From Oikopleura dioica (lineage: Eukaryota; Animalia; Chordata): DNA of 64,000 nucleotides. This document shows positions 49,969 through 62,548 of this stretch, in pieces; position 1 is the stretch's first letter, and every line of letters begins with the position of its first letter. The stretch lies in contig OU015566.1 of NCBI GenBank assembly GCA_907165135.1, forward strand, positions 7,254,001-7,318,000, written 5' to 3'. The notes beneath the pieces were generated by a model. That model saw only the letters and a program-made list of their open reading frames with translations. It made no database searches and was not told the DNA's origin. The position numbers were made by a program, and so were the translations under genes.

Positions 49969-51409
49969 GCTTCCTCGACTAGAAGACTGTAACCGTTCCC
50001 TATTTACAGATCTTTTCAGAACTTCTCATAGCTCAGGACATGAACTCGTCTGGACGCAGATTATCAGGCGCCAACTATTCTGGAAATACATATTTTTACC
50101 TCGCCTTCGATGTCATTTTTCAACTCTTTTTTCAAAAAATTCTGACAAAAATGAAGCTAGAAAAAGAAATTCGCAGCTAGTTGAAAATTCCAAATTTCGC
50201 ACCTTCCGAATTTTTTTCGAACAAAGAGTTCAAAGTACAATGAACAGTCTTCGCTCGTTTGAGTTTCAGTCAGATTTTGCGGGTTAGATTTGCCAGCAAG
50301 GCTGAAAAATAAAATATAAAAAGCCAAGTTCAATTGAGATTTTCAAATTTGAAGAGTCCTACTAACTCTTCAAACAGAAATTGTATTCAGGGGCAGTTTG
50401 AGTACGCAACGTCACGCGAGCTCAAATACGCTCGTAATCTTCTCGATTACGTTACGTTTTGAAATTTTTACTGCGCTTTCCTTATAAAGACTGTGTGCTT
50501 TGTGACGATGGCAATTGACTTAGTGGCCCTCGCGCTTGTCCTTTTTGGAAATTTGGAAAAGAAATGAAAGAAAAATGAAAAATTGAAGAAAAATTAGAAT
50601 TTTCTCTACAAAAAAATAGAGGAAAACAAAAATAAAATGAAAACAATATCTCGTTCGGTAAGCAGAACTTATTTTAGAAAAAAAGTTTAGTGTTGGAATG
50701 CAAGGAAGCATTGAGCTAAATCTATTTCAGCCCACCAGTGGTGTTTCGTCCCTGTCTTCCTGAATCCCAATCTATTAATTTAAAATAAACTTGATATATT
50801 TTTATACATTTATTTTTCTAAAAACATCCTTCGCTGAATGATGATTGATCGAGAATTGCAAAGTTCGAAGTTGCTATTTTGGGTGGCCCACTCGGCGGGA
50901 GATTGCCGAAAAAACCGCAAGATTCTCCATCCCTCAAGGCTATTGAGAATCTAGCCGCTCGTTCACCGCGCGGTCGGATCAAGACAAATCATATCGCGGC
51001 GCAATATTCACGCGTCGCCAAAGCTCGTGTTTATTTTAAACTCGCCCTTTTCGGGGAAATTTTTTATGGCCCAATAGAGCCAGATTCTCAATGCCAATTA
51101 AAATTTTCAAGAAGAGACTTCCAAACAAAATTTTCAAGTAAAAAATAATATAAAGAAGGCTTCAATTCGAAATTAAGATGAAAAGCATCTATTTGGAAGT
51201 CCAATTATTGGAAAAATCACGTGATAAAAATACATATTGAAGGCATGGTTATAAAATTATAAGTTTCCGATAATTCTTTCAGCAGAAAATTAATTATTCG
51301 CTAGGTAATATATTCTCAGCCTGCGGCGCTAAATATGCATGAATTGAAACGATAAATTTATTGAACACATGATCGGATAGCTTCTGAAAGCCCTCGTGAC
51401 TTTGTTCTG

Positions 51410-51994
51410 TAGCTACAGAAAGAGACCACGTGAGTCCTCACGTGCATAGAGAAGTAGTAACTCGTCCAAGGACCAGACTGCGCCGCGGTGGAAGACGATG
51501 CATTCCCAATTCTCCTCGGTTATTTTCGATTTCTGTAAAAGAATTATCTTATTAGGTTTTCTTTAAATTAAAGGGATACCTTGAATTTTGTACTCGACAA
51601 AAACGCCACAAATTGTATCAGAAAATGGGTCACTTTCTGGACGAAAGGGCTCGCAGAAGATTTGACAGCTAAAATTTAGATATGTTTTCGATACTATAGT
51701 GACGTATGTTTTTTTACAGTTTTCCACCGTCTCGTGATTTTGAACAGATTGGACGACCCGTGAAAATCGGCGAACAGGGAGACAACGAAGACTGCTTGTC
51801 TGAATTTGAAAATAAATGCAAATTCTCTTACTTAGTAAAAAATGACTAAAATAAATATACTTTCTTATATTACCTCTCAAGTATGATCGAATACTGTCTC
51901 TCAAAGCACTCTCGAAGGCTTCGGTATATCTTTCTGGGCACAATTGCCGGGAAAAAGCAAATGAAGCGAAAATGAAGACACTCTTGAAAATCAT
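51410..51994 (-). CDS. Small secreted Cys-containing protein of unknown family (3' end uncertain)
   Basis: MIFKSVFIFASFAFSRQLC signal-like start; spliced segments SPCSPIFTGRPICSK and FCEPFRPESDPFSDTICG. Confidence 0.4.
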
Positions 51995-52185
51995 TTCTTT
52001 CGAAAAGAACGTCAAAGTCAGAGTCCCAACTCACAAGTCGATCGAGTTCAAAAGAACCAACAAACAAACCGTGCCCTTCTTGGCGTCGCATGTCAAACCC
52101 GCGGTTTTAATAACCTTTAGGAAGGCGCTAATGACTTCATACTGTGCATTCCATAAAATAGACTCAATTTTTATTTGAAAAATAA

Positions 52186-53291
52186 TCAAGTGTTCACTTT
52201 GTCAGGCCAGTTGTTGTCGATATCATTCCAAGGTTCGTAACCATTGATCGCACGAATTTTGAATCCGGTATCTCCATTCTTTTCATCAGATTTGAAGCAA
52301 AGTTTCATTGGGGAATATATTGTTGAAAGCCTCATTCCATTCTTATAATTTCTAATTACATTTATTTTTGTAATAAAAACTCACAAATGATCCACGAGTT
52401 TCGGGTCCAGAAAAGTAGTATTGAACTCCATTCTCGCCCTGTAAATATACAAAATCATATCCAAGTTCTGTTGCGAATTCCACAAATTCGAAAGTTAACC
52501 CTTCGCTTGAATTTGACATGATTTTGTGACAGCAATGAATGGCTCCGACGTATGCATTATTTCCATAAGCTCCAAGACTTAATCAAAAAATATCATTTGC
52601 GATACACTCGAATATGTTACTTACGGCACATCAATAAAAGTAAAAACCGTGTATTCAAGAGGGCCATCGCATAGTGGGATACTTTCTTCGACAACCATGC
52701 CATCAATATTGTGAAATTGGGCGTCATTGAAGACAGGAAACGGCGGAGTTGGAGCATCTCAACCTGCTCTTATAGAAAAGGTCGCCAATATGAACTTTGT
52801 CGTCAACCTTGATCTAGTATTGCCAATACTGTATTGACGACCTTTTCCCAACAATATTCGAAATAATAATGAAAACCAAGAAGCAAACACAGCAACCAAT
52901 TGAAATGGACGAAGCCGGACTTCTTTCTGAGGCCTGTACTGGAACTTGTATCTGCTGAGCTGAAATCAAATGAGTATTTCTTCAAATTTAAAAATAAAAA
53001 CTTTTTAAAAATATAAACTTTTTACTAAAAAGTCAAGAGCTTACGTAAAGCTTGTTGAGAAAGAGCTTGTTGAACCGGTGGCGGCGATGATAGAGAAGGA
53101 GGAGGAGCGTTTTGTTGAATGTTTATGACCATTGGTTGATGAGTACTTGGTGCTGGAGGGGGCTGCGGGGCCATAGCCGGAGCTGGAGCAGGTGGTGGTG
53201 GTGGAGCTCCATATCCAGGTGCACCAGCAAAGGGTGCAGCAGGGTAAGGCTGCTGCTGCTGATACTGCGGCGGTGCGGTATTCGGGTACAT
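52186..53291 (-). CDS. Type II membrane protein: Pro/Tyr-rich cytosolic tail, TM helix, CUB-like ectodomain (tandem copy 1)
   Basis: MYPNTAPPQY...; hydrophobic segment; FEFVEFATELGYDFVYL and CFKSDEKNGDTGF CUB-type motifs. Confidence 0.7.
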
Positions 53292-53424
53292 TAAACTAAG
53301 TCTGTCAAATACATTTTCCAAACAGTCTTCTCAATTCTAGAGAAAAAATTTCATCGGGGAAGCAAATTGCATTATGCAAGTTGACTTTTATAAAGATTTC
53401 TCATGTTCTTTATTAGAAAAATGG

Positions 53425-54722
53425 TCAGTTGGACACTTTATCAGGCCAATTAGCATCAATATCATTTTCAGGCTCGTATCCGTCGATCGCTCGAATTAAG
53501 AATCCAGTATCTTCGATCATATGGTCAGACTTGAAGCATATCTGTATTGGGTCAAATTGTGTTGACAGTCGCATTCCATCCTTAAAATTTCAATTAAAAT
53601 ATTTTCTAAAAAATAAAAACTTACAAATGATCCAGGCGTTTCAGGACCAGAAAAGAAGTATTGAATTCCGTTCACGCCCTGTAAATAGACAAAATCATAT
53701 CCAAGTTCCGTGGCAAATTCCGTGAATTCGAAAGTTAGCCCATCGCTTGAATGTGACATGATTTTGTTGCACATATGAATATTTGAAGTGTAAAACATTG
53801 AGTTCACGCTTGAATAAAAAAGTGTCATTTCCAATTAGATATTGCTTACTAGACGTCGATAAAGGTGGAAACTGTGTATTCGAGACCAGTAGTATGACCA
53901 CCACTGGTGAGTTCTACGCTTGTTCCGTCGACATCAGAATGATCAATATTAAAAAAGTAGTCAAATAGAGGAAACGGTGGACTTGGAGGAACGCGAGGAC
54001 CCGTTGGGATTGTCGTTGTCGTTGAGATTGTCGTTGTGCTAAGATTATTGAAGTGGCTGTTGATTTCCTGGGCTACAGAATCTATTGTATGGTTAATGAA
54101 CCCTACCCATAGTAGATATAATCATAGTCAGGTGTTGTAGTTCCCTGGCTCGTTGTCTCTAGATCGGTATTTCCATTAATGGCTCTTATTCAAAAGGTCG
54201 AAAAATCATTTGATTATTATAACTAATAATTTATAAGTAGATCTGGTTTTTAAGACCTTTTCCTTAATACATTCGAAATAATAATGAGAATCACAAAGGA
54301 AACACAGCAACACATACAAATGGACGAACCCGTGCTTCTGCTTGAGGTTTCTACGGGAACTGGTGCTCGTTGCGCTGAAAAAAAGAAAAACGTAAAATAT
54401 CTAAATACATTTTCAGACTAAGAACTAAAACTTAAAAAATATTCTTCTTAAAATACCCAAAAATTTAAAACTCACGAAGAGCTTGTTCAGAAAGGGCTGG
54501 TTGAATCGGCGCTGGTGCTGCCAAAGTAGGAGAAGGAGCGTTTTGTTGAATGTTCAAGATCACTGGTTGAGGAGTACTCGGTGCTGGAGGTGGCGGAGGA
54601 GCGTAAGCCGGAGCTGGATTAGGCGCTGGTGGTGGAGTTCCATAGCCAGGCGCACCAGCAAAGGGCACAGCAGGGTAAGGCCGCTGCTGCTGATACTGCG
54701 GCGGAGCGGTATTCGGGTACAT
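53425..54722 (-). CDS. Tandem paralog (copy 2) with a longer Thr-rich stalk
   Basis: MYPNTAPPQY...; ICMCCCVSFVILIIISNVL; FEFTEFATELGYDFVYL; CFKSDHMIEDTGF; same exon layout as copy 1. Confidence 0.72.
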
Positions 54723-55141
54723 AAAACTAAGTCTGCTAAATGCATTTTTCAAACAATATCCAAAATTCTAGAGACAATAAATGCTAAAACATTTATGTTT
54801 AGTCTGTTTTATTAATTATAATCAAAACTGCTTATTTATCTCTCATCAGTAAAAAAAAAATCCTTCTGCAAAAGATGCCCTATCCACCATCTAGTCTGGA
54901 TAAAATCGTCTTTTTTACGTCCGAGGCCTATCAATTTTATAAAAAAGGAACTGGTCAATTTGTTCTCAATTTATTTGTGATCAATTTGAGATATTAGTTT
55001 GACGACAACGTTCTGGCAGGGTTATTTACAAAGAAATCCACTTCCACAATTGGGCTGTTTCAGCTAACACGGGAATATTGTTGAACTTTGGAAAGTATTG
55101 TTTTTAATTTGTACAGATTATCTCTTTCTTCATTGATGGTT

Positions 55142-58100
55142 TCAGGAGGCAGGAATCGGTGCAGAGTCGAGCAAAAGAGGGAGAATATCGCGGTGTGTTT
55201 GATAGTGCGCTACCAGCATCAAAAGATGGGGAAATGCTCGGGAGGAGCCCTAGTGAGTCCTTGTTGATTTCAGTTTTTGAATTTCGGAACATACCTTGAT
55301 GTACCATCCGATTTTGCTCTCTTTGACCAGTTGATATTCGTGAACATGCTCAATGCCTCTTACCAACAAAGCGGAATTGTTGAGCACCAAAAATGTGCCA
55401 AGAGAAGATTGACAGAGAACAGAGATTCCAATGTCCCTGGAAAAAACCGTTTGTTAATTTTGTCATTGCGGGTTGAACTTACTTTGGGAGGCCCTGGTGG
55501 TACCACTTGGCCACGCGCAGTCGACTGTCCAAATCGTGATAAGAGTCACCAGGGGCGAGTAGACGCAGCTTTCGCGCCACAGGATTTGTTTTCACAAAGT
55601 TGGCGAAGTTTTCAAAGTGACTGGTTGACTTTTTAATCGTGGCGGTCTCGTGCTTAATCCCGAAGGGGCCCTGTTTGTGGCCTGTATTTGTGGTGGAGTG
55701 CGTTTGTCCGAGTTGGGCGCTAGATTTGGCGCTTTGAGCGAAAGAAGCAGTAGAGCTTGGAATGCCCGAATCATTGTTTTGAGCAGTGCGGCGGACGAGC
55801 GAGCGAAGCGAGCGTCGAGGTCCGGTTGATGAACGGCGGTTGTTGGATTTTGAGCTGACCACGTCGTCCTTGGCGTTTTTCTCAATCTCGAGGATAACCC
55901 TGCGCTCGAGGTCGTCAGCGAGGCTGCTGATGGCAGAATCTAAGGATGAATGTTAATTTTGAGTAATCTGGGAAAAACATACCATCAGAGTGGGCTGATG
56001 TCTTGCTTCTAACTGTCGTGCTTGGTGACTTGTAATCCGCCATTGGGCGGGTGTTGGATCTGTCAGAAGAGGTGCCAATGCTCGATGAACCAGGGCCAGA
56101 GGCGGCTGTTCTGTTCGTGTTAGAGCTTGGATCGTAGTCGTGACGGAAGTTGCAGAAAGTATCCTCAACACTTTCAAGATAGCAAGGCTCGAAGCAATCG
56201 TCAGCAGAGCTCGTTGAGACGGGCTCAGCGCCAGAGTCGAGAGTAGAAGTCAGTGGAATAGCGCGCGTCTGGTTCGGAAACGCGCAGGAAGCTGTCGACA
56301 TTGTTGATAGTTCTGACATTCGCGAGGAGGAACGTTCATCTGCGGGTGGAGCTTCAGTTGAGCTTCCCTTCCGGATGGTGTAGGCGGATTGGAATGCGCC
56401 GCCGATGACGGAGTTTAGAATGTCGGCCTGGAAGTAAACATAAATAACGAAGACAACATAAAAATTCTTAAGACAGCAGAGTAAGAGAAAGATAGAATTC
56501 GTTAAACTAGTAGTTTTGACTTTCAAGAAGAAGCCGCAGCGTCAGGTAATAATGATACCCTCAGCAGCATTTTTTGCCTAATACCGGACCGGTTTATTAG
56601 AACGGTCTTTTCTCAAGGTCTAATTCTAGCGTGTCGCTTTATCAGAATACCTGCGGGTTAAAGCAAATTAACTTGAAAAGCGGCCTCCTTATTCGGCTTA
56701 ATTAAACGATAAGCCGAGATTTTTCTTTTCAGCTTTAACCGCCCTAGATAACGTAGCGCAGGGCGAAGGATGAGCGGGCGGACAAAATGGCCGCACCGCA
56801 AAGGCGCCATGAAATCGATTGCAAATGAGGAGGATGATAAGGAGGTCTTTTATGCGACTTGCGATTTTCATGGACGATTATTATTGCAGTATACGCGCAC
56901 GTGTAAAATGGCGGATGCTCTAATCAAACACGTGGTTGAGTAATCACGTGTTCAATTTGGGCTTATCTAAGTTGTAGTTCTATATTGTATGACAAGTGTT
57001 TTTGAACTAACATACTATTTGTTATCTAAATTGGCTTGAATGACAACTTTCTGTTTAGGCCAAATTTAAAAAAAAAATGTCCGCCTGTCAAATTCGACAG
57101 AAAAATAATTTATTGACGTTTTCTCGTTTTTTGATTACAATACTTCAGAAACGAACGATACTCGCTGCCGAAACTATGATTAAATCAGCAGCTGGACTTT
57201 CTCTCTGGTACATTCTTAGTTTTCAAGAGCGTCTTTCCTCAACGTTTGAATACCGGAGGATTTTTCAATGTTATGAAGATTGATTAGACTTACCGATGGT
57301 GTTCGAAAAACGTGACAGTACTGACGATTCAAGGGCTGGCCAGGGTCACGTGCGGCGAAAGCGAAGAGTTCAGAGAGACAGGTTGAGAAGGAGACTCTTC
57401 GGAGAGCATGGACCATGTAGGTTTCCTAAGGAATAAGGTATTTTTAGATCAAAAGCTTTTATTGCCGTTTATTAAAACAATTCAGACAGCTTTTCGTCCA
57501 AATAAATAGACCGAGTGGACCCTGCTCGATCAGTTTTGACGCGAGAGGAAATCGTTATGCAAAGTTCTTGCCGAAGAATTTCCAAAATTCCAAGACTAGC
57601 TTCTCGTTATTCAATGCAACCGCCCGTTTTATCATCCTGACAAGGGCGAAATTCGCGCCCACGTGACAGGCGGAATGTTCTGCCCATTGAACCCTGCTTC
57701 TGCTTATCAGTGGTGTTTTCAGTCGCCGGTGTACTGCTATCACTATCAGTTTTGCCTTCTGGAAGCTCTTTGTAGACTCAAGAAAAACCCCTTATGCCGG
57801 GCGGATGGTATTGTGCTTCCTTTTGCCTGTTTTGGAATGATGTAATTACACTACCGTTCGTTTAACAACAGTTTATCTCAAATTAGGACACATCAAAAAA
57901 CGCGGAAGTGTGTTTAGAATTGGTGGCCATAAGATTTCCTACCGCGGTGGGACACGTTCAAATGGTCAGTGATAAGTTATCACAAAAGAAACTCGCGGCA
58001 AGTATGGCTCAGATTTTTAGAATCAAGCTATTTTCCAGCTCAAGCTACTACTATCGACTTTAGATAGCAACTACACTGTAGTACTGCTTTAGTTTCTCAC

Positions 58101-58972
58101 TCAACTTTCTGTTTCGTAAGTAAGTGATGAACTGCGCGCATTCTTGCATACTCTGTGAGCATTTCTTCGACTGATAAATTGCCACCTGTGATGCAGATAG
58201 GACTCTTTTTTCGATGATTGAAGAGTCTTCTTTTCGCAGGGAAAATGCTAACAGAGGGGACCCTCTTAAAGGCCACCCTTAAATTTACACGGAAAGAAGC
58301 ATTCAAAATAATTTCGAGTCAATTTCCTCCTCTTTAAAAATTAAGGACCCTCTTTGGAAAAAAAAATTACCTGAGCGTTCAAGGAGGATACTTTAATTCC
58401 ACACAGTGCCATACTGATCACAACACTGGTCCCAGTCGTTTTGGTAGCCGGATCTCTCTGAAAAAGTTTTTTAAGAAAAGCGTGACACTAGAATTTTATA
58501 AGGGCTCTAATTTAAAGTTTTAAGTAAGGGTGTCTACAAAAAAAAAGTGCCTTATGATAAGCCAGCTCTCGAGAGGCAAAGTGCTTCAGGAGAAATGATA
58601 ACATGAAATTTAGCATAAGAAAACTTGTCGAAATATGGTGTTAGAAAATAGCGATAAGGAAATGCTATGACATATAGAAATGTGGAAGTTTATGCGTTAT
58701 CTGATAAACAAAGCACAGCGGGAGACCTCGGTGATAAGAGACTCGGAAATAATGAGTTGCTTTCAGCTTAGATTTTCTATGTTTTTATGCTTGTATAATT
58801 GAGAGTCGTAACAAAACGTTCCTGTGAAAAAGGATATTTTGTTAAGACTCGGCGGGGGACGAAATATTGATAAGAAGTTTTTCAAACTTACGTTGATACT
58901 GTCGAGTTGTTTGGCGATGAACTGCGCGCGATCACGTGGATTCCCCAAGGTCACTGGAAACGAGCCAATATA
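55142..58972 (-). CDS. SH2D5: PTB + SH2 adaptor, SH2D5-like; first exon(s) upstream of 58972 not resolved
   Basis: YIGSFPV, ISMALCGIKV, MVHALRRVSFST...FAFAARDP...YCHVF, ...GGAFQSAY (SH2D5-type PTB); WYHQGLP/R, GTFLV, FPHLLMLVAHY (SH2). Confidence 0.8.
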
Positions 58973-59762
58973 CTGAAAAAATGAGGATTATTAAAAGTAT
59001 CCATCAACGCGAAAATTGAAGACTGAAATCAACAACGACATCTGACACACGCTGGAGCGGCGCCAAGACAAAGAGAATGGAGGGAATTTTAAATGAATAA
59101 ATTATACTTTCTGACTACTGAAAGAAAAGAATTCCTAGCTTTCTTCTGGATTAACGAGCAAGTTAAGTTAGTTGTTGAATTTGGAGTAGCGCCAAAAGTA
59201 TGTTCTTATCGTGTAAGGCGCGCGTCAGTTATTCTGAATACAGCTGTGCCTTTGAGGTTTTGCAGAAGATGATAAAACTGTCAACATTGGCGTATATTTT
59301 CGCGAAAGATTCAGAACACGTTTCCAAAAACATTTTGTTGTTAGGTTTTTTGAGCGTCATTTTTGCACTCTTGCACTTTTGTTGGCCTCAATAATTGTTC
59401 AAAAGGGGCTTATTTTCAACAAAAACAGTAACAATCCCGACCCAGATTAGTAATTAACCGCCACAATTTTAAAACGCGCGTACTTAGCCATCTGCTCAGA
59501 GCAATAAATTGAAGCTTTATTCGCGCGTTAGTACCTACCGCGTCGTATAAACTTGACGTCTTTTGAAAAATGCTCGGAGCTTGAAAAGGAATTTGTCAGA
59601 TTTAAACTCATTACTCCTCGTGATTTATTTGTTTGTGGAAAAGACAAGAACAGGAACATCCCTGCCACGCTTATTCTCCGCCTTTATGGTTGGTTTTTGG
59701 TGATTTTCTAGATGATCATAGTTGATGTTGTCTTTCAAAAATTCAATCGGTTAGTTTAAAGC

Positions 59763-60434
59763 ATGCTCAAGCCACTGAGTCACGAGCTTCGTCGACGGGC
59801 TGTGGAAATCTCCCTCGGGTTTCTTGGTAAAATCATCAAAAAGAAGCCGCACTTCAATTACTGTTTTTAAGCGCTTTATGTAGCTGTGGACATTGGAGTG
59901 CAACTATACAATCGAATCTACGCAGCAAAGAAGAAGGTGATTGCAGAAATCTCCGTGCACGAAGATGTCCTCGACGAAGCTCAAGCTGACTCAACATCCG
60001 TCGATCCTGCTTTCGACACTGGCTTCGAGGACGGTCCTTCGTCTCCAGAACCCAACTCTACATTTGAAGAGATCGAGAGCATCCGGAATCTTCAGACTGG
60101 CGTTCAGATCACTGGATTTTCAATCCTCGGCGAAGATCAAACCATCGGATCGATGGAGTCTTTTAGCGAGGAAGAACCAACCGATGTCTTGATTCATTTC
60201 GAACCCTCGCTTGTTGAAGCCTCTCTGCCCGTGGCTCAAGAAGAAGAACCCACCTCACCAATATTGGCAATAACCGACGTCGAGGAAGAATACATCGAAG
60301 CTTCCCTCAGCGAAATCTCTTCAATCCCCGAAACCGATAATGATAATTCATCAATCACAAGCACGGATGAACATTTCTTGAGCTGCTCAGAGTACGAGTA
60401 CTTTTCTGCCTGTTCAGACATCGAAGTAGAGTAA
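59763..60434 (+). CDS. Acidic low-complexity protein with an N-terminal signal-anchor-like segment and C-terminal FFAT-like motifs
   Basis: Exon 1 MLKPLSHELRRRAVEISL joins ALYVAVDIGVQLYNRIYAAKKK if a phase-1 GG donor is used; a 180-codon acidic ORF ends EHFLSCSEYEYFSACSDIEVE. Confidence 0.55.
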
Positions 60435-61148
60435 ATCCTCCATTTTCAAGCATTTTAAACTTTTTCTTTAGATTTTTTGAAAATAAATATTCCAAATCAA
60501 AAAGCCAATTCGTCTTTCTTAGACTGAAAAAATGTTATGGAACGTTTTTCCGGAACTAATTATTGGGACTTGCGAGTCTCAGAAAAAAAGACTGGCGCAT
60601 TTTAGAATCAGCGCCCAAGTGATCCTCTTATCCCGTAATCCTGAGTCGCCACAAACATCCATTTTCAACCTTCGTAAATTTCATTTTAGTGAAAAGGGGG
60701 TTTTGCAATCCAATTTTCGCGACCCTGGAATCGCTCCTCTTTTGATCCCTTTAAATTTATTGAACTCAAGTTTCGAATACAAATTTTAAAATTCGCAATA
60801 GAAGTTCTCGTGAAAAATCGTTGGTGAAAAAAGCTTGTGTTTTTGGAAAAAACAATTATCTGTTCACAAAAATCTGGAGAGTCGGGTCCTCCCGAATTCA
60901 CGTGGAATGAGATTATGACATCGGCTCATCACTGTTTCTAAAGAAAATTAGAAGGCGCGTGTCACATGTGGCGCAAATCACGAACTCCTTCATGTTCTCA
61001 GGGGAATTTTCTGGCTGATAGCGCGGCCGAAAAATCTACCTCGATCAGAAATTTTCATGTCACAAGGGATTACAGTTTCTAAGCCCTTATTTTACTTTCA
61101 AAATCATAATATTATGAAATCTCTAATCACAAGTCTCTGACTGTAGTT

Positions 61149-61320
61149 ATCGAGAAGCCGCTTGCGGCTTCGAGTCTCATATAATTTAAGCCGCGCAAAG
61201 CGCGGCTCTTTCATTTTTTGACTCGAAGCCGCAAGAAAATTCAAAATAAATAAAATGAAAGAGCCGCGCTCAGCGCGGCTTAAATTATTTGAGACTCAAA
61301 GCCGCAAGCGGCTTTTCGAT
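61149..61320. mobile_element. Head-to-head inverted dimer of the cruciform MITE
   Basis: The right ~75 bp is the reverse complement of the left ~75 bp; two GCCGCGC/GCGCGGC hairpins. Confidence 0.75.
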
Positions 61321-62442
61321 TTTTACTAGAAAAAGCACTCTAAATTGCGTATCAGACTGATAAAGAAAAAAAGGAAAGCTACTTTATCTCTTACCAAAGA
61401 AAAAACTCTCTTCAACAAATATTATCATTAATTCGGAAAATTTCAAAGATAACCGTTTTTTTCTCTTCCAAAGCTGAAAAATATTATTTTTGCTCTCCAA
61501 GAAGACCGGCGCCCCTATAATTTTTTCTTGCTAGAGTGGCTACCCTGTTATGTACGTGTGCTTGCGAAAACATGGACAAGTGGCGATGCCACTTGGCGGG
61601 TAGAGAGACGTGAGCTGGATTTGCTGCAGCGGAATTAGCAATTACAGGCGTTTAAAGAACTTCGGAGCGGTTTTCGCTGTCTGAAAAGGATGATGCAGCT
61701 TCATTTTTCCCGCGAATCGTTACGTGGCCACTTTGCTTATTTTAGAGAGCGCGAAAAATTTGCGATTTTCGCAAAGCCATTAGCTCAATCGTGGGATAAT
61801 AAATTGTGACGCGCGTTTTATTGAATTTCACGTTCTAAAAATCTCAAATCCCAAAACGGTACCTGAACGGATTGCTCATTATAAGATCACTCAATTCGAG
61901 CAAATAAGAAAAGAGTCTAAAATCAAAAAGTAAAAGTACACCCTCTTTCAATCGAATTAAAAACCACAACCCTGATTTAACCCCCTCAATTAAGGTACAA
62001 AGTAGCTGGAAATATCGCGTTATCATTCCTGGTTAAATTCGAGACCTCAAACTTTCGGTCGGCTTTTTGAACCGCAGGCGTGGCATCTCGCCTGGAATGG
62101 ATCTCCGAATTCATCACTGTCGCCATCACCTTTCCTGTCACATTTTGGCCTTGCGTCACGTGATCCCTCTTTCGATGACAAAGGGAGCCAAGTTGTGGAA
62201 GCGAAATGCTTTCAATTCGGCAGCTTTGCATTTGCATTTAACATTTCGCATTTGGCTCAGAATGGTGGTGAATTTGGCAGAGAACCGAAAAGAAAGAGAG
62301 TGAGACATGACACAAATATACTAATCCCACTTCACACACAAGAAAAATATAGAGTGTGTAGTCAACATATCTGAATTCTTTAGAATGCATTTTCTGACCT
62401 ACTTATTGTAGTGACCCCTTATTATTCTTTCTATTTCAATTA

Positions 62443-62548
62443 AAAATCGAGAAGCCGCTTGCGGCTTCGACTCTAATAAAATTAAAGCCGCGCTTGGCGC
62501 GGCTCTTTCATTTTTCTACTCGAAGCCGCAACCGGCTTCTCGATTTTT
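62443..62548. mobile_element. Cruciform MITE, most intact copy
   Basis: AAAAATCGAGAAGCCGCTTGCGGCTTCGA ... GCCGCGCTTGGCGCGGC ... TCGAAGCCGCAACCGGCTTCTCGATTTTT. Confidence 0.8.

Noticed and set aside
61844-62303. ORFs as SH2D5 5' exons
   Set aside because: No homology cue and no verifiable in-phase junction to the exon at 58972.
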